Source: Candidatus Hodarchaeota archaeon (GTDB lineage Archaea; Asgardarchaeota; Heimdallarchaeia; Hodarchaeales; Hodarchaeaceae). Taken from it: DNA of 13,541 bases. Positions 7,408-13,541 of the stretch are shown piece after piece; position 1 is the first letter of the stretch, and each line of letters begins with the position of its first letter. The notes under the pieces were generated by a model. The model saw only the letters and a program-made list of their open reading frames with translations. It searched no databases and was not told where the DNA came from. The DNA lies in contig JAHQWW010000103.1 of NCBI GenBank assembly GCA_029856365.1, forward strand, positions 1 to 13,541, in the 5' to 3' direction. A program made the translations under genes and the position numbers.

Positions 7408-8144
7408 ATGTCCCCTACAACTCATTTTGACGATTTAAATGCACTCAAACCTTATATTGATAATAATGGTCTCGTGATTATAATAGTCTGAAAGAAGATA
7501 AATGGGCAGTAGATCAAGTTCAATGTTTGAAAACAGCAGATTTACAATGTATGAATCGTAATGAAGAGTTCGCATTTTGGTTGAATGCTAACAATATCCT
7601 TATTATTAAAGGGGTATATCTAGAGTTAGAACGAAATCCAAAATGGAAGGGGAATGTTTCCCTTTTTAGCAAAATAAGATTCTTTTTCTTAAGGCGATTC
7701 AATGTGGCTGGAAAAAAAAATAACTTACACAATTTCGAAAATAAAATTTTATGAAAACGTTTCAAAGATCCTAGAATTCATTTTTCGATCACTTGTGCCT
7801 CAAAATCGTGTCCCAATTTACCTGATAGGCTTTTCCATGCAGAAACATTAGATAATCATTTAGATTCACTTACTATAAACTTCATTAATGATAAGGATCA
7901 TGTCTTCTTAGATACAGAGAAGGGTATTTTGTATTTAAATACAATATTTAAGTGGTATGCGAAAGATTTTGAAATTTATGGTGGAGTGAAAAAATTCATA
8001 CTATATCATTTACAGGATGTTGGGAAAACACTCATTGAATAATACAAAAGAGCAAGAATTGAATATTTAAAGTATGATTGGTCTATTAATGCCCAAGATG
8101 CTCCTAAAAGAACATTGAAAATTGATGTTATAAGTAAAAACTGA
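7408..8144 (+). pseudogene. DUF547-family pseudogene
   Basis: Reconstructed MSPTTHFDDLNALKPYIDNNGLV/DYNSLK...FAFWLNANN...FENKIL*KRFKDPRIHFSITCASKSCPNL...IFKWYAKDF...LIE*YKRARIEYLKYDWSIN. Disablements: 1-nt frameshift at ~7475, TGA at 7752-7754 and TAA at 8040-8042. Confidence 0.87.
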
Positions 8145-8155
8145 AATAAAGGGAA

Positions 8156-8836
8156 TTACTCGTTGAATGATACTGGTTCATTTACATAGTCTTTCTCGAA
8201 TTTATTCATTATAAGTTCTCCCAAGCGATAAAAAAAATATCCGAGGAAGAAAAAGGACGCCAGAATCATTAGAATCGAGATTAGAGAAAAAATATATGAC
8301 AATTCATTTGATAAAAAGGGTGAATACCCCATCTGACATAAACATGTACTTATCGCAAAACCATCGGTAATGAATCCTAAGGAAGAGGGGTGGATTGGTA
8401 AAAGGTTGGGAAGATCAGCTAACAAGCCAAAGATAAAATAATACCTTCCTATATTGTACGAGATTTCCGATTTCATTCGAAGCAATGAAAAATTACAAAG
8501 AATTGTAAAAATCATTACTGAAACAGATCCAGCAAGCATAACAATTATTGATTGCCAGCAATAAGGAAATTCATTAGTAATTAAGCAAGCACAACAGAAT
8601 TCACCGTCAAATAAATAAAATTCCAAGTGAGGATTCAAAGAAGGTAAAAATAGACTTATTGTAAAGAGATGCCCCAATTCATGAATTAGAGTAAAGGGAA
8701 AATAAAGGAAATTAAAACTTATTACTAGAAGTGGAGATAACAAGGAAAAGATTGGAAGTAGGATTGTGAATATGATCGAGAATAAGATCCTACCTTTTCT
8801 CGCACCTAAAAATGATTCATGTTCTTTTTTTGGCAT
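8156..8836 (-). CDS. M50/site-2-protease-like membrane zinc metalloprotease
   Basis: Highly hydrophobic; TLIHELGH (HExxH), LAGS, and NLLP...TDG third-ligand motif. Confidence 0.72.
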   Translation of the reverse strand: MPKKEHESFLGARKGRILFSIIFTILLPIFSLLSPLLVISFNFLYFPFTLIHELGHLFTISLFLPSLNPHLEFYLFDGEFCCACLITNEFPYCWQSIIVMLAGSVSVMIFTILCNFSLLRMKSEISYNIGRYYFIFGLLADLPNLLPIHPSSLGFITDGFAISTCLCQMGYSPFLSNELSYIFSLISILMILASFFFLGYFFYRLGELIMNKFEKDYVNEPVSFNE

Positions 8837-8900
8837 GATTTCTATGTAACCAAATAAAAATTATCTATTAAATCTTCCGAAAATCAGATCATATAATTGA

Positions 8901-8925
8901 TATATATAAACTTAACAATTGTTAA
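8901..8925 (+). promoter_or_regulatory. TATA box followed by a perfect 14-bp palindrome (candidate operator) upstream of doxX
   Basis: TATATATAAA at 8901-8910, then TTAACAATTGTTAA at 8912-8925, in the gap between divergent genes. Confidence 0.5.
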
Positions 8926-8957
8926 TTAGTATTATCAAACCTATGAAGGGAAAATAA

Positions 8958-9500
8958 TTGAATTCTAAATATGAAAAATATAGTTTTGAACAAATTACTC
9001 TTGGTGTATTAAGAATAGTGATGGGATTTGTGTTTCTATGGCCATTCCTAGATAAGATGTTTGGATTAGGGTTCGCTACGACACCTGAAAACTCGTGGCT
9101 TGCTGGTGCATCTCCTACACAAGGATTCTTAAAATTCTATGGTGTGAATCAAAATAGTCCATTTGCTTTTCTTTTCTCTGACATCTTAGGTGGTACATAT
9201 CAATTAGTGGATATTGCATATATGGGGATGCTATTGTTTGCTGGTATCGGCCTTATGTCTGGGGTTCTTGTAAGACTATCGAGTATTTCTACAATAATCT
9301 TTCTAATCTCAGTATATCTTTCCGAGTGGATTATTACTCCTGCTCAAGGTACGATGGTATTCAATCCTATAATCGATGAACATATCATCTATATTCTTGT
9401 ACTATTCTTGTTCATCATAATACCAGTTGGTAATTACCTTGGCTTAGGTGAAAAATGGTCAAAGCTTTCGTTTGTAGAGAGATATCCAATCTTGAAGTAG
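8958..9500 (+). CDS. DoxX/DoxD-family membrane protein (thiosulfate:quinone oxidoreductase-related)
   Basis: LRIVMGFVFLWPFLDKMFGLGFAT...W..GASPTQGFL, NPIIDEHIIY and GNYLGLG..W; about four TM segments; TTG start. Confidence 0.85.
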   Translation: MNSKYEKYSFEQITLGVLRIVMGFVFLWPFLDKMFGLGFATTPENSWLAGASPTQGFLKFYGVNQNSPFAFLFSDILGGTYQLVDIAYMGMLLFAGIGLMSGVLVRLSSISTIIFLISVYLSEWIITPAQGTMVFNPIIDEHIIYILVLFLFIIIPVGNYLGLGEKWSKLSFVERYPILK

Positions 9501-9556
9501 AGATAAACTCCCCTCTTTATTTTTTTATTCTATATACATATTTTGATCAAAAAGAA

Positions 9557-9949
9557 TTATGGTGTTGATAATTCCTTATTTTTACATTTTATACAAAAGC
9601 CATAAAAATTAGTTTCTGCAGTGTTAATTTTAAAATCTTTCTGATTCTGTATTAATAGCAAAGCATAATCTATTAATTCTTTGGAATTAAAATCTGTAAT
9701 TTTCCCACAAGATTTACAAATAAGATGATGATGAGCTTCTATCTTTGCTTCAAATCTTGAAACTCCCTTCACATTAACTTCCCTAATCAAACCCTCTTCA
9801 GTTAGCACATTTAAGTTTTTGTAAACAGTGGCTTTAGTTATTCTTGGTAAGCTTTTCTTAACTTCTTCAAAGATCTCTTCTACTGTAGGATGATTGAGAT
9901 TGTCCTTGAGAAAATCTAGGATAGAAATTCGCTGATTGGTATATCTTAT
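9557..9949 (-). CDS. perR: Fur-family, PerR-like transcriptional regulator (~130 aa) with apparent ATA start
   Basis: The frame extends 47 codons upstream of the tracked GTG: (I/M)RYTNQRISILDFLKDNLNHPTVEEIFEEVKKSLPRITKATVYKNL. It continues with RFE...HHHLICKSCGKITD and GFCIKC; the Asp in KITD is PerR-like. Confidence 0.88.
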   Translation of the reverse strand: MRYTNQRISILDFLKDNLNHPTVEEIFEEVKKSLPRITKATVYKNLNVLTEEGLIREVNVKGVSRFEAKIEAHHHLICKSCGKITDFNSKELIDYALLLIQNQKDFKINTAETNFYGFCIKCKNKELSTP

Positions 9950-10061
9950 TGTGATCCTTCCTTAAAACATTGTTAGGATATAAATCCGAATTTAACCAAT
10001 ATATTCTACATTCAGTTAAAAAAAATTTTGAATTAAAAAAGAGGAAAAGGGGTAAATGTTT

Positions 10062-10619
10062 CTAGTGAAGAAACTTTGAAACATAAGGACTGTTCACGCC
10101 ATTAGGTCTGAGAAAATGTCCAGAGGGCCCTTTTCCCAAAAATTCTGTGAACCATGCTTCATGCTCAATCTCTTCGTGTAGAATTGCTAAAGCTAAATCA
10201 TAGGTTCTATGATCCTTCCCAACGGTCATATTGCAGATTTCAGTGTATCCTCGGACTGCGCACTGTTCTGCTTTTAGAAGGACTCTCACAATTTCTTTCA
10301 CATCAGTAATATCCTTCGGCAAATACGCAGGCGGACAAGCTGACACATCGTGGAATTCTTTCATATCACCAGGTAATTTTCCACCAAGCTCATAGATCCT
10401 AGGTACCAATGCCTCAAAATGATTTCTATCTTCTATTCTTGCATCTTCAGCAATCTTTTTCAAACCTTCTCCGTCAAATCCAATGAGATTTGTCCGTAAT
10501 ATGGTATAATAATAATATGTCGTTAATTCTGCTGCTGCATTTTTGATCAATAGTTCCAACAATTTATCGACATCTATACCAGCTTTTTCTACCATTTTTC
10601 TAGCTACTTCTGCTGTCAT
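10062..10619 (-). CDS. dpsL: DPS-like protein (DPSL/thioferritin), archaeal type
   Basis: [52 protein letters not shown], Cys pair (SACPPAYLP / AEQCAV), [10 protein letters not shown] and [16 protein letters not shown] 10619 preferred over TTG 10628. Confidence 0.93.
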   Translation of the reverse strand: MTAEVARKMVEKAGIDVDKLLELLIKNAAAELTTYYYYTILRTNLIGFDGEGLKKIAEDARIEDRNHFEALVPRIYELGGKLPGDMKEFHDVSACPPAYLPKDITDVKEIVRVLLKAEQCAVRGYTEICNMTVGKDHRTYDLALAILHEEIEHEAWFTEFLGKGPSGHFLRPNGVNSPYVSKFLH

Positions 10620-10668
10620 ATTTTTCAAATCCTTTTGTTTTAATATATATTAATTAATAATCAAAAGT

Positions 10669-10717
10669 TTAGTTATTAACTAATATTTATTATTAATAAA
10701 TATCAAATATTATTTGA
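10669..10717. promoter_or_regulatory. Three phased 7-1-7 palindromes (candidate operator array)
   Basis: TTAGTTA-T-TAACTAA, TTTATTA-T-TAATAAA and TCAAATA-T-TATTTGA, centred at 10676, 10693 and 10710, each separated by TA. Confidence 0.6.
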
Positions 10718-10846
10718 GACTATAGTTCCGAAAAAATTAAACTGAATTATAAAAATAGAAGCTCAAAAAGATTTGAATACAACAAAAAAAATATATAAAT
10801 TCAAGTGTGTGATGAAAATTATCTCAATAATAGGAGTCTGTAAAGA

Positions 10847-11326
10847 TTGGGAATAAAAAGTGTTGATCTTGTAAAGGGAAATAAAGAAGAGATAATTGCA
10901 GAGTTGAATAAAGCATACTGTGATGAGTGGTTAGCCTACTTTCAATACCTTAGTTTAGCAACTATCGCAAATGGCAGGGGATCCTTTCAATTTGCAGATG
11001 CAGTGAAAGAAATTGCAGAAGAAGAGCTAGAACACGCTGATGAATTAGCTGAGAGAATTCTTGAGCTGGGAGGTCAGCCAATTGTTATATGGGATGAAGT
11101 CAACCAACATGCAAATTGTAAATATCCAAACACCCTACCAGATGCCAATGATTTGTCCGCTATGGCAGATTTAATAAAAGAGGATGAACGATGTGCCATT
11201 GGAGTCTATAACAAACTCATGGAGTTAACTAAAGACAAAGATTTTCGAACCTACAACCTCATGATGCATATCTTAGAAGAAGAAGTTGTACATGAAAATA
11301 AAATGATGCAATTCCTCGGGGAATAG
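10847..11326 (+). CDS. Ferritin-like protein, bacterioferritin-related / bacterial-type DPSL
   Basis: LNKAYCDEWLAYFQY, EEELEHADELAERILELGG, Cys pair ANCKY / DERCAI, and HILEEEVVHE. TTG start with AGGAG SD; ATATATAA at 10791-10798. Confidence 0.9.
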   Translation: MGIKSVDLVKGNKEEIIAELNKAYCDEWLAYFQYLSLATIANGRGSFQFADAVKEIAEEELEHADELAERILELGGQPIVIWDEVNQHANCKYPNTLPDANDLSAMADLIKEDERCAIGVYNKLMELTKDKDFRTYNLMMHILEEEVVHENKMMQFLGE

Positions 11327-11495
11327 TTTCAATCAGTGTTACTATTTCTTTAACATTCTTTTTTTTCCTAAAACACACTAGTTCTGTGAATATTACTTAC
11401 TTCTAAAAGGAAAGGGAGGAGATTACAAATTTGAGAAGTATTTTAAATGCTATCGGATTCAAAAAAGTGTACTCTTGAGACCTACTAGATGCTGA

Positions 11496-12356
11496 ATGAA
11501 AATGAATCTTCTCTCGTTCTACAACTTAATTCTTTTAACTATTATTCGAATAATTGGTTTGGGTCTTTCTATTGAATTCTTAATCAATCTAAGAAAGAAG
11601 AGATTCATTGCACCTGTTGCGGGCTGGAGTTGCTGGGTAATAGCTGGATTATTACCAATTATTGCCGATAATCTCACCATAGGTGTCATATCTGAAATTC
11701 TCCTTCTTTTAAACGCGATTCTGAGTGCTGAAGGGCTGATGCTTATCTTTATGGGAGTTTTATCGTATTTTCGTTTTGTTCCAGGAAAAATAATGTTTTT
11801 AGTGACTCTATTTTATCTGATATTTCCCCTTGCAGCTTATGGACTATTTGGGGAAACACTCGCATTATCCTCTGCAGTTGCAATGATTTTTGTATCATAT
11901 GTTGTTATATCTTTAATGATAATATTTAAGAGAAAAGAAATCAATAGGACAATAGGAGGAGGGGCTAAATGGGTGTACTTAGCTCTTATCAGTGTTATCT
12001 GTTATTTAATATTGTCATTCATCCTTATGTTTTCAGTAGAGGATTTTTCTTACGGTTTATATTATTCCACAAATATTCCAGCTATAATCAGTAATTATAC
12101 GGTGGGAATTCTACTTACTATCCTTATCATTGTTTTATTCATTCATCTTGAAAGAGGTATCGCATATAGGGACAAAGATCAGCTGAAAGATAAATACTCA
12201 CACAATATTGGAAATATTCTCCAGATTATTATCAGCGCAGCTTCCATAATCGAGATGAGAGGAACGTTGGATGAATCAGAGAAACCTAATATTTACTTAA
12301 TTCAGGAAAAATGTAATGAAGCAGGGGAATTAATTAAAGAGATCAGAGATCTTTGA
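11496..12356 (+). CDS. 7TM membrane protein with a C-terminal HisKA-like (DHp) segment and no HATPase domain
   Basis: Seven hydrophobic segments, then YSHNIGNILQIIISAA (H-box-like) and a second helix ending ELIKEIRDL*. Confidence 0.7.
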   Translation: MKMNLLSFYNLILLTIIRIIGLGLSIEFLINLRKKRFIAPVAGWSCWVIAGLLPIIADNLTIGVISEILLLLNAILSAEGLMLIFMGVLSYFRFVPGKIMFLVTLFYLIFPLAAYGLFGETLALSSAVAMIFVSYVVISLMIIFKRKEINRTIGGGAKWVYLALISVICYLILSFILMFSVEDFSYGLYYSTNIPAIISNYTVGILLTILIIVLFIHLERGIAYRDKDQLKDKYSHNIGNILQIIISAASIIEMRGTLDESEKPNIYLIQEKCNEAGELIKEIRDL

Positions 12357-12953
12357 TTGTTATTTTCCAAACCAAAATCATATTCAATACCTCCTAAGGC
12401 ACCAAAGACGTTAAAATTGAAGTAATCATCTGTAATAGTCTTGTGGAGTAAATTAGTGACATTTTTATCTCAAATATAGCTGTATGGATTTTCGTAAAAC
12501 AATAACAATTGTTTAGAAGTATGATCTACGTATAATAATTAATATAAAGAGTTAATGACATTAATAAATCAAACACATTGGAGAAATTGCTCTAATCACT
12601 ATTTCAAGTTGACATTCAATTACTAATTAGTTTAATAGATCTTAGTAGATCCTTTAATAACCAGAATTCTTAGTGTAATAATAAATTAAATGGTATAATT
12701 ATTAAAATTAATGAATCGTTATCGAGAATCAATATTTGAGAAGAAAGAGCCATTATTAATAGTTAACAATTGAGAAAAAACCACAGGATTGTACAAAAGC
12801 AATTTTACTTTACAATGATTATAACTAAGAAGTAACTATAAAATGAAATCTCATTAGCAAAACAAAAAAGAAAGTTAAAAGCCTTGTCACTAAATTGAAG
12901 CACAACAAAGAATAATATGATAAGAAGTGTATACTTCACTAAGAGGAAAGAAA

Positions 12954-13241
12954 ATGTTAAGAAGCCAACGGAAGCCCATATTGCCACCTCCTCGTGCTGA
13001 ACATGAGTATGTAGTGTCAATACTAACTGAACAGTGTGATGGGTGTGAATTATGTGTGGAATTCTGTCCAACAAACGTATTAGAGATCGATTTGGAAGCA
13101 TATAACTCACGAATGCTACATCCAGTTATTGCTGTTAAGCCTGATGAATGTGTAGGATGTCAGCAATGTGAGAGGATTTGTCCCTCAGTCTCAATCTTTG
13201 TTACTGAAATTCAAATATCACAGGAGGGTATAGATACATGA
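12954..13241 (+). CDS. korD: 2[4Fe-4S] ferredoxin-like OFOR delta subunit
   Basis: CDGCELCVEFCP and CVGCQQCERICP; ATG 12954 after GAGGA; stop overlaps the next start (ATGA). Confidence 0.88.
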   Translation: MLRSQRKPILPPPRAEHEYVVSILTEQCDGCELCVEFCPTNVLEIDLEAYNSRMLHPVIAVKPDECVGCQQCERICPSVSIFVTEIQISQEGIDT

Positions 13242-13541
13242 GTAGTAGTAAAAATGGTAAACTTATTTTAACCACTGGTAATTATGCGGTAGCTGAAGGC
13301 GCGATCGCGGCTGGGTGTAGATTTTTTGGTGGATACCCAATCACTCCTTCTTCAGAAATTGCGCATTACATGTCTAGGCGTCTACCCCAAGTTGGTGGGA
13401 AGTTTATCCAAATGGAGGATGAACTTGCTTCAATAGTTGCTGTTGTTGGTGCTTCTTATGCTGGTGTAAAAGCAATGACTGCAACTTCAGGGCCAGGATT
13501 TTCACTTATGGCTGAAACTGTTGGTCTTGGAGTGATGTTAG
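13238..13541 (+). CDS. korA: Second 2-oxoacid:ferredoxin oxidoreductase alpha subunit, 3'-truncated (not in the ORF track)
   Basis: MSSSKNGKLILTTGNYAVAEGAIAAGCRFFGGYPITPSSEI...FIQMEDELASI...AMTATSGPGFSLMAE; YPITP motif; GGAGG SD upstream. Confidence 0.92.
   Translation, partial: MSSSKNGKLILTTGNYAVAEGAIAAGCRFFGGYPITPSSEIAHYMSRRLPQVGGKFIQMEDELASIVAVVGASYAGVKAMTATSGPGFSLMAETVGLGVML

Noticed and set aside
7752-7754. In-frame TGA in DUF547 as possible selenocysteine
   Set aside because: It falls where the family usually has Arg (ILR), not Cys, and the gene also carries a frameshift and a TAA.
7520-7765. 81-aa minus-strand ORF, and the 75-aa plus-strand ORF as an independent gene
   Set aside because: The minus ORF is antisense to the DUF547 pseudogene; the plus ORF is a fragment of that pseudogene.
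12357-12540. Minus-strand open stretch (AIFEIKNVTNLLHKTITDDYFNFNVFGALGGIEYDFG) and an AGGAGGT-preceded 12-codon mini-ORF
   Set aside because: No usable start for the long stretch and no recognisable family; a gene remnant is possible but cannot be supported without a search.
12693-12707. GTATAATTATTAAAA, and TTATAATTATAA at 3884-3895, resembling the Bacillus Per box
   Set aside because: Such matches are expected by chance in very AT-rich intergenic DNA, and the 3884 element may simply be a TATA box.
12805-13110. 101-aa minus-strand ORF
   Set aside because: Overlaps the ferredoxin-like delta subunit on the opposite strand; its His-rich pattern mirrors the Cys codons.
1-13541. The window begins (MTEALGLAVITE) and ends (MAETVGLGVML) at homologous positions of OFOR alpha, suggesting circularity or a terminal repeat
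   Set aside because: Nucleotide and protein sequences differ substantially, so these are two paralogs and not an overlap.
1-13541. CRISPR arrays, tRNA/rRNA genes, transposases or integrases
   Set aside because: None seen: no spaced direct repeats, no GC-rich structured RNA segments and no mobile-element motifs.

Overview
AT-rich archaeal-style chromosomal window. GGTGA/GGAG ribosome-binding sites, TATA-like boxes and longin-like proteins suggest an Asgard archaeon, possibly Heimdallarchaeia; this taxonomy is inference only. An oxidative-stress/iron-detoxification island of about 9.5 kb lies between two different 2-oxoacid:ferredoxin oxidoreductase (OFOR) operons: alpha-beta plus a zinc-ribbon/CBS gene on the left, delta-alpha on the right. 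The island encodes a cysteine-free TrxR-fold flavoreductase, a longin-like/peroxiredoxin (BCP/PrxQ) fusion and a stand-alone longin-like paralog. It also encodes a short rubredoxin frame missed by the ORF track, a nitroreductase, a rubrerythrin, a DUF547 pseudogene, an M50-like membrane protease, a DoxX protein, a PerR-like regulator with no canonical start codon and two divergent DPS-like (thioferritin) genes separated by three phased palindromes. A 7TM protein with an H-box but no kinase ATPase domain follows. The best candidate for a novel system is the three-gene minus-strand unit at 2884-5632. There, a Cys/His-decorated longin-like domain may supply the dithiol missing from both the fused peroxiredoxin and the adjacent TrxR-like enzyme. 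All family assignments come from motif recognition; no database searches were run.
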